A stretch of 64,000 nt of DNA. Origin: Lama guanicoe (Eukaryota). Positions 1-11,700 of this stretch are shown in pieces. The stretch spans positions 1,326,833 to 1,390,832 of the forward strand of contig MU053376.1 in NCBI GenBank assembly GCA_013239625.1. Direction: 5' to 3'. The notes under the pieces are model-generated. The model was given only the letters and a program-made list of their open reading frames with translations, searched no databases and was not told the DNA's origin. The stretch's first letter is position 1; each line of letters opens with the position of its first letter. The translations under genes and the position numbers were made by a program.

Positions 1-59
1 CCTGAAGCCCCAGAACTTGCTCATCAATGAGAGAGGGGAGTTGAAGCTGGCCGACTTCG
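1..59 (+). CDS. CDK18: CDK18 coding exon (partial; catalytic loop to DFG)
   Basis: [19 protein letters not shown](G); donor GTGAG at 60. Confidence 0.95.
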
Positions 60-3000
60 GTGAGGCCGGAGCCCGCAGGGCTTGGGGAAGGGGGGTCTGA
101 CACGGTCTTCTTGGGATGTGGGTGCTGTAGCGGGGAGGTTCAGTGACAGGTCTGTCCCCAGGACTGGCCCGGGCCAAGTCAGTGCCCACGAAGACCTACT
201 CCAATGAGGTGGTGACCCTGTGGTATAGGCCCCCCGATGTGCTGCTGGGCTCCACAGAGTACTCCACCCCCATCGATATGTGGTGAGTGCACTGGGGCCG
301 AGGGGAGGGGGCCCTCCACACCTCCAGGTTCGCTTTTTGCTGTCCCAAGGGCCCCTGCGAAGTACTGTCGAACCTCTTTTGAGTAAAAGCCACGTGGCAT
401 CCTGTTGAACTGGATGTTAAAGAATAAAGTCTGAGCTACATTGGGGTTTCCCTGGCTCTAAATAGACCCTCCAAGGCCATGCTTCTGAAATATCCCCCTC
501 AAGGGTACATAACAGCTTACCAGAAGGTACAGGAAGGCCCCCACTGTAAATATGATGTATCTTGCCCAAGCATCAGTGCTACTGAAAAATTCAGAAGGGG
601 TATGTTATTTTTGTGTTAAAATTAACACACACACACGATTAGGTATAGAATGAAAAGTGAGCCTAATTTTAAAGCTAAAACACAGGTTTCCAACGAATGG
701 CCACTGTGCCCTCTGCCAGGGGCTTCCTTGGAGACTGGACTGTGGACTTCTCTCTTCCAGTGGGGGCACAGGATGGAAAAAGTTTGAGACAACGCATTTT
801 GAAGAACTGCCATGAGGGTGCTGCCTATGCAGACCCTAACCCTCCAGAGTGAAAGGGGAGAGGTCAAAGAGCCCTAGAGCCCAGAGAAGCCCCCAGAGGG
901 AGGCTGTAGTGGGGGGCTGTGCTGTTACTATGAGCCTCTGCAGCCATGGGCCACCCACCCCAGTGCCATGACCCATTCGAGCCACCGAGGCATCGTGGTG
1001 GAGCAGCGCTGGGAAGCGCAGGTGCCAGGAGGCCCAGCCTGACGCCGCCCCTGCCCATTGCTCTCTGCAGGGGCGTGGGCTGCATCCACTATGAGATGGC
1101 CACGGGGAGGCCCCTCTTCCCAGGCTCCACCGTCAAGGAGGAGCTGCACCTCATCTTCAGACTCCTCGGTCAGTGTCCTGCGCTCCCTCCCTCTCACCAC
1201 GAGGGGGCGCGAGAACTCTGTCCAGCCCAGGCGCATAATGGGAATGTGAGGAGCAGCTTCGGCCTGATCTCCAAAGGGCGGGGACCCCTCAGCTATTCTT
1301 TGCCCCCACCTTCTACCTTGTACCCCTTCAAGTCACCCTTGGCCCTGGCTTCTCACCCCTCCACACCTCTTCTCATCTCCCCAGGGACCCCCACGGAAGA
1401 GACGTGGCCTGGTGTGATGGCCCTCTCGGAGTTTCGAGCCTACAGCTTCCCCCGGTACCTCCCCCAGCCGCTCATCAGCCATGCTCCCAGGTAGCCCTTC
1501 CTCCCCACGCCTCCTCTCCTGCCTGTGGTCCTGGCTGTCCCTCTGGAGGTGGCCACAAGCTCCATCCAGCCCACGTGGGCCCCCTCCTCCCCCGCCCCCC
1601 CCAGGCCAGGCCTGTGCCAGCTCCTTCCTCCTGCAGGTTGGACACTGATGGCATCAACCTCCTGACCAGCCTCCTCCTGGTGAGTGTGCTCCGCCCCGGC
1701 CAGGGACAGGCAGTCAGAGAGCTGAAGCCCCAGGACCCCACCCAGCCCTCAGTCCCAACCTACGTGTGTGCTCACGGACTCACAAGCCTGAGCCGTGTCC
1801 CCCTGTGCCCTCCACCTGCAAGGCCTCAGACTTCAGAGTGGGCGCACTCCGAATGCAAACCCCAGTTCAAACCCTGGCTGTGTAGCTTTGGGCAAGTTAC
1901 AGAGCTTTTCTGTGCCTCAGTTTCCTCAACTGCAAGTAGAATTAAACATTTTGTAAGCTGGTTGTGAGGATAAACTGAGGTTATGAAACACTTTAGAAGG
2001 GTGCCTGTCTTGAATAAGCACACAATAAAGGGTAGTTGTTAGTATTACGTATGAATATGACTGGCATTGAAGTTATGACCTTGGATGCTTTAGCATCTGT
2101 AATTTCCATCCCAAGAGGAAGTCATTCTCCGATGGTCCCATTTCTGGTTTTCTCCTGGTGGCTGGAGACCTGGGACCCTGAGCTTTGAGACTGCCTTGGG
2201 TTGGGTGGGCAGCTGACCCCGGGGGCTTCTCAGGTCGGACTCTGGTGCCTCCCATCTTGGCCGTGTAACTTAGTATAGCAGTTGCATTACCCAGAGGGGT
2301 CCCTGCAGTCCCCTAGCTGGGGCCAAACTGCCCACCGTCTGCTTTTCAGTATGAATCCAAGAGTCGTGTGTCGGCAGAGGTGGCCCTGAAGCACCCATAC
2401 TTCCGGTCTCTGGGGGAGCGTGTGCACCAGCTGGAAGACAGTGAGTGTGTCGGGGAGGCTGGGGGAAGGGGCAGGGCCACCCCAGGGCCAGGGAAAGAGG
2501 GCAGCCAGTGTGGATGGAGGAGCCGGAACAAAGAGGCCAGAGGCCCCGGGTCTGGCTGAGCAGCCTGGCTTCCCCTTCTTGGGTTCTCATTTGTAACGAA
2601 GGGGTCAAACCCTGGGGATCCGAGGTGCCGCCTGAAAGGCCCAGTGAGGTGCTCCTGGGCTGGTCCTGCCTGAAGGGGGGTACTCTCAGCTCCTGTGCTC
2701 AGTGGGCGTGGGGACTGCCGGCTCCACTCAGCTCTCTCCCTGCCTTTCCCCTCCCACCACAGCTGCCTCCATCTTCTCCCTGAAGGAGATCCAGCTCCAG
2801 AAGGACCCGGGCTACCGGGGCCTGGCCTTTCATCAGCCAGGTAGGGGCTTGTTCCTCCTCCTCCCCCTCCCCTCCTTATTAGAGGAGACCAGGGCAGGCT
2901 ACTCTGCCCTCTCGAGGGACAGAGATCGGGCCCAGCAGCGGGCTCCTTCCATGGAAATCAGCATGGCCTCCCCTCATTGGCCTCCCTTCCTGTGGGGAGC

Positions 3001-3545
3001 AGGTGAGGGGCTGGTTTCCCTATCTCCTGCCCAGGCTTCCTCCTTCAGTGTCTCCTTCCTCCATCCCCACCCTAGACAGAGCGCTGCATCTGACAGTAGC
3101 CCTGGCGAAGGTGCACGCTTTCTCTGGTGCATTCTCTCTGCAGACTCGGAGCTCTCTAGCCTCCATCCTGGGAGAACTGTATGTTTTCTAGACTAGCTCG
3201 TGGCCTCAGACGTGACAAGTGCTTTCCATGTATTATCTCATTTCATCTTAAAACACCGCTTAAAGTTGGTACTGTGAGTTAGTGCTCCCCATTTCAAACT
3301 AAATGAAACGGGCTTTGGGAGGCTGTCGCAATTTCATGTAGCTAGTAAGTAGCAGAGGTGGCGTTTGAACCAGGACTGACCAGCTCCCGAGCACGTGCTC
3401 TTGCTGGCTCTATCAGAGGAGCTGTGGAGGATGCCCGTCCCTCCTGATGGCGGGTGACCTTTGGCCCGGCCTTCTCCCTGCAGTCCCACATCTTCCCCTC
3501 CATTCTCCAGGGCGAGGGAAGAGCCGGCGGCAGAGCATCTTCTGA
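2..3545 (+). CDS. CDK18: Cyclin-dependent kinase 18 (PCTAIRE-3), 3' part; join(<1..59,162..282,1071..1168,1385..1490,1637..1679,2350..2440,2763..2840,3511..3545)
   Basis: The spliced translation [102 protein letters not shown]...[18 protein letters not shown]...[36 protein letters not shown] is a PCTAIRE kinase C-lobe. The RRQSIF C-terminus and adjacency to MFSD4A identify CDK18. All introns are GT-AG with consistent phases. Confidence 0.97.
162..282 (+). CDS. CDK18: CDK18 coding exon (activation segment)
   Basis: cccag acceptor; [39 protein letters not shown](W); donor GTGAGT at 283. Confidence 0.96.
1071..1168 (+). CDS. CDK18: CDK18 coding exon
   Basis: ctctctgcag acceptor; [32 protein letters not shown](G); donor GTCAGT at 1169. 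Confidence 0.95.
1385..1490 (+). CDS. CDK18: CDK18 coding exon
   Basis: ctccccag acceptor; [34 protein letters not shown](R); donor GTAG at 1491. Confidence 0.95.
1637..1679 (+). CDS. CDK18: CDK18 coding exon
   Basis: cctcctgcag acceptor; [14 protein letters not shown]; donor GTGAGT at 1680. Confidence 0.93.
1855..2045 (+). mobile_element. MIR SINE fragment in a CDK18 intron
   Basis: MIR core-like 'ttgggcaagttac...ttctgtgcctcagtttcctca' and 'gttgtgaggataaa'. Confidence 0.7.
2350..2440 (+). CDS. CDK18: CDK18 coding exon
   Basis: ttttcag acceptor; [30 protein letters not shown]; donor GTGAGT at 2441. Confidence 0.95.
2763..2840 (+). CDS. CDK18: CDK18 coding exon
   Basis: ccaccacag acceptor; [25 protein letters not shown]; donor GTAGG at 2841. 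Confidence 0.95.
3511..3545 (+). CDS. CDK18: CDK18 last coding exon
   Basis: ttctccag acceptor; (G)[10 protein letters not shown] followed by stop TGA at 3543-3545. Confidence 0.95.
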
Positions 3546-5000
3546 GCTGTGACTGCCCTACTGAGGCCCAAGGGATGATAGGTCACATTGATCACAGCTG
3601 CAGCAGGATGGGGCCGTGTGGCCTCGGAGGACAGAGGAATGAGGGCTAATGGCGGGCCCAGAAGACTTCTCGGCAGCCCTGCTGGCCACGGCTGTTTCCT
3701 CTCCCTGCTTTCCACATGCCTCCCTGGTGGCCTTGGCCTGGACACCAACCCCCTCCATCTCCTGCCCTGGGGCAGGGCAGGAGCTGCTTCTCTGGGAGGA
3801 GGTGAGGGGGCAGAGGGCAGCCTCAGACACTTCCCCACCCTGAAGGGCTCGGGCACCAGCGTGGGACCCACGTGGACAGGAGAATCTGGAGGCCAGGCCA
3901 AGCGCTATGCCTTGGACATGGGCACCACCACGCCCCACCCTGGGGGCCCTGCCTGCCTCACCAGTTTGATCGAGTCCCTTTTGGGCTCTTTGGAGCCCAC
4001 ACATCTTTCCCCTTTTCCCCTCTGAGAGCAGGAAGCAACATGGCACCTTGTCAGGGACCTTGTCAGGAATCCTGGGTGCCAACGTGTGTTCCAAAGCCTA
4101 CCCCCTACCTGAAGGGTGGGTGTCCCCAAAGCAACAGAGGGAATCGTAGCCCACCCCTTTCCCACCATGCCCCACTTGTTCCCACTCCCCACTCCTCGCC
4201 AGGGGCCCGGAATGCTGCTGGATGCCCAGTCGAGTCCAGAGGTGGCCTGGCCTCGCCAGCCGCACTCCCGCCACCTCAGCCACCCCCGCCCAGCTCCCCA
4301 GTCTGAACGGGATTGCCTTAAATTGGCAGGTGGTGGAGCACTCACTGCCCTTGGAGCTCTGACCCACGCTCCTACCTGTCCACCCTTTCCCGACAGCGGC
4401 TCCTGCTTATCACCCCTGAGCACTGATAAGCCAGCCCTGTGCCAGGGTCCCGAGGATGGCTGGCACCCAGATATGCAGGGTCACCTTGACACTGGGGCCA
4501 GGCCGGCCACAGCCCCTTGGGGCTGGCACAGCCTCCCTTGTCCCCTCCTCCCCTGCCCCCTCCTTCCCAGCCCCTGTGGCCCTGTCCTTGCTCCGCAGTA
4601 TCTGGGCACCAGCCTCCCAGTGCTCCTGGCCTTCCCAGAGGGAGAGTCAGTGCCACAGTCTGAGGTACAGGAAGAGGGGACAGGATAGGACAGGCTTTGA
4701 TCCTGAGACCCCCGCCCCACGGGGGTGGGAGTATGAGGGGCCGTGACCCCCAAAGAAGGCACCACCACTGCCCCTATGGAGCATGCCTACTGTATTCCCA
4801 AGGTCTCAACACTTGACTCAGTCTTAGATGGCAAGGCCAAGGGGAGGCCAGGCCCCAAGCCCACCCGCCTCAACCTAAGGAGCAGCCCTGGAGGGTCTTG
4901 GCTTCCCCACAAGTCCCTCCCCTCCTCCCTGACTGTACTGTGAATGTCCTGTGACTCAGCACAAAAACAGATAATATATTTAATTCATGTACAGAAAAGA
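3546..5000 (+). other. CDK18: CDK18 3' UTR (3' end approximate)
   Basis: Follows the stop codon. An AT-rich island with the variant poly(A) signal AATATA (4973-4978) in otherwise GC-rich sequence suggests the end lies near 4995-5000. Confidence 0.6.
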
Positions 5001-5106
5001 GTGACAGTCTCATGCAGAAAAGCTGATTTTGACAGATTGATGCCAAAGATGGAGGACAGAAGGCCCTTCTCGAGGCTTCCTGCGTGCAAGTGGGGCTTGC
5101 TTGTGC

Positions 5107-5128
5107 ATATATATATATATATATATAT
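5107..5128. repeat. (AT)n microsatellite
   Basis: Perfect AT dinucleotide run. Confidence 0.9.
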
Positions 5129-8100
5129 AAAGTGGAGAGAGAATTTGGTTTGTGTGTATCTCTGAACCCAGCCTGGGCCATGGGCATGGTGCCCTGCACC
5201 CTCCCTGCTGTATTCATGGCTGGAAGTCAACTCTGGGTGTCATGGGGTGGGAGAAGAGGAGCCCTGGGACTCCATGCTCTGGGTCCCAGCCTTGGCCCAA
5301 GTTGGTGCCTGAAGGGCGGGGCCAGCCAGGAGTCCCGGAAAAAGTCCTGGGGTTCTGGCTGCTGTAGCTGACCCGTGTTCTCCCGCAACCAAGCGGCTTT
5401 CTGACTTTATGGGAGGCAGGGAGGGAGGTTCAAGAGAGGGTTGACAGGGTGGATGACCAAGGAAGGCCAGGGCAGCAGAGCCAAGGTGCAAACCTCGTGA
5501 TAATTCTGGTTCAGACCTGACTCCCCCTTCTGCTGCCCAGACGGCCTCTTACCTTGGGTCTGTCCGCACCTTCTTTGACACACATCTCTCAAAGTTCTCA
5601 GCATCCTGCTCTGTTTTCCAATACAGTGTCCAGATTTGTTCTCCACAAGCCACCCTGAGAATGTCAGGCCCCAAACCACACCTCCCCACCTTACCTGTCT
5701 AGTGGCCTCATGTCTGGCCATGAGAACTTTCCAGTTTGCCCGCACACTCAAAGAGTGGAGGCTGCTTCCCAGAGGAGGAAGCTAATGTTGAGAGGCTAGG
5801 CGATGTCACCCAAGGTCATGGAAGTAAAGGGTGGGTCAGGGCTTGGTTCTCAACACTGGTTCCACCAGCCTAGACCTCCTCACCTCTTAAAGGCAGCCAG
5901 TCACCAAACTGGAGGCCAGTGAGTGCTTGACTGGAGAGCAGGGGCCAGGAAACACATTGGTGGGAATCAGAGTCTTTTAAGTTGCTTTTGGGAGGGGACT
6001 AGAAGAGACCTAAGGTTTGTTAGCTCCTTGCTATGCAAAGCCTCTCATTTAATCCTCACAGCAGCTCCATTTCTCCCCATATTGCAGGTGAGGACAGTAA
6101 GGTTCCCAGGGGTTAAATTACTTGCCTGGGGTCACAGAGCAAATTAGAATCCCAGTCTGTCTGCCACCCCAGCCCTTGGTCTTCATGGAGGGGGAAGAGT
6201 GGAGAAGAAGGGAGGTGTAGACAGGATGGAGCCCCAGGAGCCAGGGAAAGACATGAAAGGGAAGGCCCTGGGGCAGACACTGCTTTGCTGGAGCACCTCT
6301 TGAGACCAGAGACCACCACTGTATCATGGGCAGCGGCAGCCCGAAGGTTTACAGAGGCTCCTGCCCCTTTAAGGGGGGGGGCAGCTGATTCTGTTGTGGA
6401 GGCTCACGTGGGTAGGGGTACTTCGGAGGTCTGTGTGGAGGCATCAAGGCACTCAGCTTCTGCCCTAGAAAGCTTGGTGGGGTGGGGCCAGGGGGCAGGA
6501 GGAGCACTCAGCTGGACAGGCTTATACCGGGTCTTTTGTGCAGTTAGTGCTCAAGGACAAATGATGGTTCTGGGGAAGGAAGCTGGAGGGGCACGCCACT
6601 CTGGTCATGAACTACTGGGGCAGAAGGGCTTCCAGGGTTGCCCCCAGGCCACCCCACCAGGCGCATGCACCCTGTTTCCTCGTCTGCCCCACCATCATTC
6701 CCATATGCCTTTGGCTCTCACAAACAGCAGCCTGCCCTTTACGCTGGAGTCCCTGAGCCCAAACCCCCATCAGCCAGTCAGTTCCCCCTCTGGCCTCACT
6801 TCTGCTCCTGGGATGGGTCAGGAGTGCCTGGCGCCCCGAAGGGCCTTTCCTTTCACCTGCCTGCTCAGTAGGGGCATTCGTGCTGCACCTGAGAGTGAGA
6901 GCAGCTCTCCTGCTGGGCTCTGCCCCACAGCAGCTCACACCCTGGTGGGACCTGCGGCTGGCTCTCCTTGCCCCACCCTTCCTGTGGGCTCTTAGTCATC
7001 CTGTTCGGTCCTGGGTCCAGCGGTCAAGGCTGATGCCCCATGGGCCACTGCCCTCTTTGCCCTGCTAGGCCATCTGGGCCATCCAGGTGTCGGACACTGT
7101 TGCCAATCTTCCTTTCTTTCCTCCTCAAAGCTGCTCAGCCCCTTTCTACCCATCTTTCCACCTTCATCTTTGCTCAGACCGCCACTTCCAGTCTGGACAC
7201 TCCATAGCTCCCCCATGCCCTGTCTCCAGAGCAAATCACCAGCAGCATGAATTGGTCACTAGGTGCTGGGACACCAAGATACAAGACTCCACGTTCACCT
7301 TCTGAGAGCTCAAACCTACTGTGGCGGTGATGGCCTGTCTCTCAGCAGATTTTTATCAAGTACCCACTGTGTGTCAAGCACTGTGCTGGGCACTGAGGAT
7401 GGGGCAGCGAGCTCCATCACACTGTCCCTGCTCTCAGAGAGCTTACATTCCAGTGAGGGAGGACACATCACCCAAATAAACACGTGGCACATCAAAGGGT
7501 CAGGTGTGATGAAGCCCCATCAAGCAGGGTCAGGGAGATGCAATGGCAGTGGGGGAGGGGTGGACATATAGTGTGGGCGGGGCCTCTCTGATAAGACTGA
7601 GGGGAGCAGTGACTTGTAAGGGGAGAGCCATGTGGACCTCCAAGGACAGAGTAGTCCAGCAAAGGTGCTGAGAGGGGTCCTTAGAGACAAACAAGGTGGC
7701 AGCTGGGCCAGAGCACCGCGGCCAGGCGGGGTGGCAGGAGGGCCACCTCGCTCCCGTGGAGCGGTGGTTCTGCACAGTAGATCCACCGGAGAGCACCCAG
7801 GAAGTACTGATACACGGCTCCGGCTTGGACTGACTCACTCCGATTTTCCAGCAGTGGGACCAGGCATCAGTAATTTTTAAAAACTCCCCAGATGACCCCA
7901 GTGTGTAGCCAGGGTGGAGAATGGCACATATGGGGTCTTGTGGGCACGGGCAGGACTCTGGATTCCATCCTGAGGTGGAAAACCACTGACCTCTGTTTTA
8001 GAAAGGCTCAGAGAGGCTAATAGGAGATGTCAGTCCCCATGAGGAGGGTGCTGTGGGACGGGAGGGGGAAGGACTCCCCCCCCCCACACACACACAGGCA

Positions 8101-8599
8101 CTAGGATCACAGGAGGGGAGGAGGAGCCGCCTCTTGGGAGAGGTGCCCTGAGATGGAGGCTGTCATCCTAGGGACGGTGAGGTGCCTGAGGCTCTAGACG
8201 ACATAACTTGCCTGGCCACACAGAGAAAGGGCTATGTGTTGTCAGAATTCGAACCCAGGTCTGCCTGCCTGAGCAGCACAGTGCTCACACCGCACCGCCT
8301 GCCCCCCAGGCTGGGGTGGGCGGCTGGGCTAGGAGGCTCCACCTCACTTGTCTGCTGGGACTCGGAGCAGCACCTCCCCGCAAACCCCGTCACCTACTAG
8401 CATGGCTGACAGGCAGCAGGTAGACCCCCAGAGGGTTAGCCAGAAGTCACTGTGCCCAATCCCGCCACATGTCCCCCTGCCATCACCCAGCTCCTCCTCA
8501 GGACCCTCTGGATCTCCCCAGTATCCACCAACTCAAAGGGCAGTGTTGGGCACTGGGGGCCCCAATTTCTGCTCCAGTGCTGTGATCAGTGTCCTTTCT

Positions 8600-8707
8600 C
8601 ATTTTGGTTTGTTTGTTTTTTTCCCTTTTTAAAATGGTGGTACTGGGAATTGAACCAAGTACCTCATGCATGCTTAGCATGCGCTCTACCAACTGAGCTA
8701 TACCCCC
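8600..8707 (-). mobile_element. tRNA-Ala-derived SINE (Vic-1-like)
   Basis: Reverse complement GGGGGTATAGCTCAGTTGGTAGAGCGCATGCTAAGCATGCATGAGGTACTTGGTTCAATTCCCAGTACCACCA has A and B boxes and an A-rich tail. Confidence 0.85.
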
Positions 8708-11700
8708 ACGACCGACAGGCATCCTTTCTGAAGGCTGGTGCCCAGCTCCAGTGAGAGAGCGCCAGCTCTCTCAGACAGGATGGACCTGGTGGGCAGGCGG
8801 GCGGCTCAAATGGGATCGCAGATGCCACTGGGCCACTTCTCTCTCCTCTGTCTCTCTCTCTCCCCCTTTTCGCTCCTCTCTCTGCCCCTCCCCTGCCCCT
8901 CCCTCTTCCTGGGATGGCTCTGAGTAGCACAAACCCAGAAATCAATCATCTGACCGGGCCTCTTCCCTAAGGAAGCTTCTCCCTGCTGTTCACCCCAAGC
9001 CCAAACCCCTGAGAAGTTCTCCTGATGCCAAGTCAACCCTTTCTCTTGCATCTTCATTCATTTCATCCAAATGATGTCAACACAAGGCAATGGCGCTGTG
9101 GCAGCGGTTGTGTGTGCATGGCGGGGTTCAGCCAGAGTGGCAGACACGTGGCTCGGCCCTCCAGGATGCAGTCAGCCCTCCTCCCTGCTCAAAGCTTCTT
9201 TCCCAGCTCCTCATCTTCCTGTCGCCTCCCAAGCTCCTCCCTCCCACATTCACTCATCATTCGTCTGACTACACACCAGGCTCTGTTTCCAGTACCTGGG
9301 ATACAAACTTGACCCTGACTTAAACCCTACTTGCAGGAGCTCAGAGTCTCAGTGTCAGTTAGGATGTGGTCTTTGCTTCCTCTCCTGAAGTCTCGGTTAT
9401 GTGGGGGAGGGCGGTTGTCCATTAGTCATTCTTTTCAAATTTGCCAAGGGTGTTTGTTTGTTTGCTTGTTTCAGACACAACAAAGATTTTTTATGCCATC
9501 CATGTTTTCCCTGGAGGAGGGGTCACCTGGGTCCCGGGTTCCTGGGGAGGAGACTTGCACATCCACAGCTCCAAAATACATGAATCTGGATCCAAATCCC
9601 AGCGCTGCTGTTTACAAGCTGTGTCACCTTGGGCATGTTACTAAACCTCTGTGTCTGTTTCCTTCTCTGTAAAACAGAGATGCTGACAGCACCTTTTCCA
9701 CGGGGTTGTGAGGATTCATGGGAGAATCCCCATCCGCATGCTCCGTGAGCGGAAGTGTGACTGTCACTCTGCACAGGCCCAGCCCTTTCTCCACCAGCAG
9801 AAATTCCGGCTTGCTCCCTCCCCGAGGGATCCCAGTCCTGGCATTTAAATTGGATCATACTTTTCCTTTCTCACATTCTTCACCCTTGATAAGATCTCAG
9901 TTAGCAAGAGTGTATTAAGCACATTCTACCTGAACAAATTTGCAAGGCTTTAAAATTACCTCAGCCCAGAGTTTTGTCTCCACAGACCTTTAAATGGAGC
10001 TAGGGAAGTAAACACTGGAAAACTGTTTACGATAAAAAGCTTTGGGTCACGGGTATCACTCAGCAGATCAGCTGCCTTCTGGAGCAGTGAGCTCTCTGTC
10101 CCTAGAAGCATTCAAGCAGAGGCTGGGAGGCCACTTGCTGGGAATTCCAGGGGCATGCAGTGTCTCTGGTAAGTCTTATCAGATTGCAGACGAAGAGGCT
10201 GTCTTGGGGCCGGCCAGATCGGCCCCAGGTCTGATCACGTTCCTTGTGTCTCTGCTTTGTTAAGCAGGGCAGCAAGATACAGCCCACAGGTAAGAAGCAT
10301 TTCTCAGGGATGCCTTGAGGAATGTGGCAAATCATGGTTGTGGGCTTGCGAAGATCCTTAACCTGGATTCCAGCATGCCTGGAGCATCCAGTAGGACCAC
10401 TTGTTTTGAGGCCAGACCACCTTGGCCTTACAAGACCTGGGACTGACTCTGGGGTGTGGGAAAGCTGCCTTAGACCAGGCGGAGGTGCCCTGGGGCCATG
10501 ACCCAGTACTTTTCCTGGCTTGTGTGGATGACTTGCACAGTTAGCCTCAACCACCTGTGATTCTACACCTTTGGCCAGCTGTGTTCCACTTAGTAATGGA
10601 ACCGACTGCAGAAGGTTGGGATTCCCAAGCAGCAGAGACAGTGCGGTCAAGAGCAGAGCTCTGGTGCCAGGCTGCCGCGGCACCAATGCTGGCTCCATCA
10701 TTTCCTAGTCATGCGATCACATAACATGGCTTCTCTGTGCCTGTTTTCCCATTTGTAGAATGGGGAGATCATAGGGTAAGTGTTGAGATTAAACAAGTTA
10801 ATACATAGAAAGCACTCAGAACTTACTGGCCACATGGAAAAGCATCAAGTATTGGGTGTTATGTCATCTGTCCCCTAGGGTGGAAGCAGGCGTCACTCTC
10901 TAGAGGGTGAAAGGGTGGAAGAGGGCACAGAACTGAGTAAAAGCCCTTCTGCCCGTGGGCAGCCACTCATCCTCCCGCACTGCCACCAGCGTTTTAGAAT
11001 TCTGATGTCCTTTATCCTAATAGATATATACATTTGACAAGGTACTGTGATCTTAACAAACATTATGTGAATTTAAAAATTTTTTTAATTTAACAGACAT
11101 TTATTAAAAATCTCCTTGGTCCAAACCACTCTGAAACACTAAAGATTCAGAGTTAAGTAAACAGAGCTGTCTCCTTCAAGGACCTCACAGGCTGGCCAGG
11201 GAGAGATAAGCTGATTGCAGATATAATAACAATGATGGCTTCCAAGTGGGCTGTTAGCTGCAGGTCACAGATGCAGATGATCCCAGAGGGTGTGGGCAGC
11301 CTGCCCAGGGGGCTTGTCACTCACGTCTGCCGCAGCTCCCCTTCCTCAACCTCCAGGTACCTATTGGTCTTGCAAGCCCCAGAAAGTGAGTTGAATCTCT
11401 AGGCCTCATATAGATCATAGCTGTGAATGGAAATAAATTCACATAGAAATGAAACACCTGGCACATTGGGAACCTGCTGGAACCCACCTTTGCCCAGTCC
11501 CTTCCTGCCCTTGCCTGCATCAGTGAGCGCCCCCAGGCTGCCCTCTGCTTTGAGCTCAGACCTCTGTGGACACGGTGCCCTTTAGTAAAGCCAGTTTTAT
11601 TTCTAGACGTTTCCATTCTCTAGTCCTCTCACTCCCAGTACCGCCCTCAGGATGCTCAGAAGAACGTGGCCCTGGGACGCAGAGCAGCTGCAGGAGGCAT

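Noticed and set aside
6285..6995. 236-aa ORF downstream of CDK18
   Set aside because: No recognisable domain, a non-ATG start and GC-rich composition; consistent with a chance ORF.
8635..8707. Possible tRNA-Ala(AGC) gene on the - strand
   Set aside because: It has mismatches in the acceptor and T stems, an altered anticodon loop (TAAGCAT), an A-rich tail and ~9 related copies in the window. It is a SINE, not a tRNA gene.
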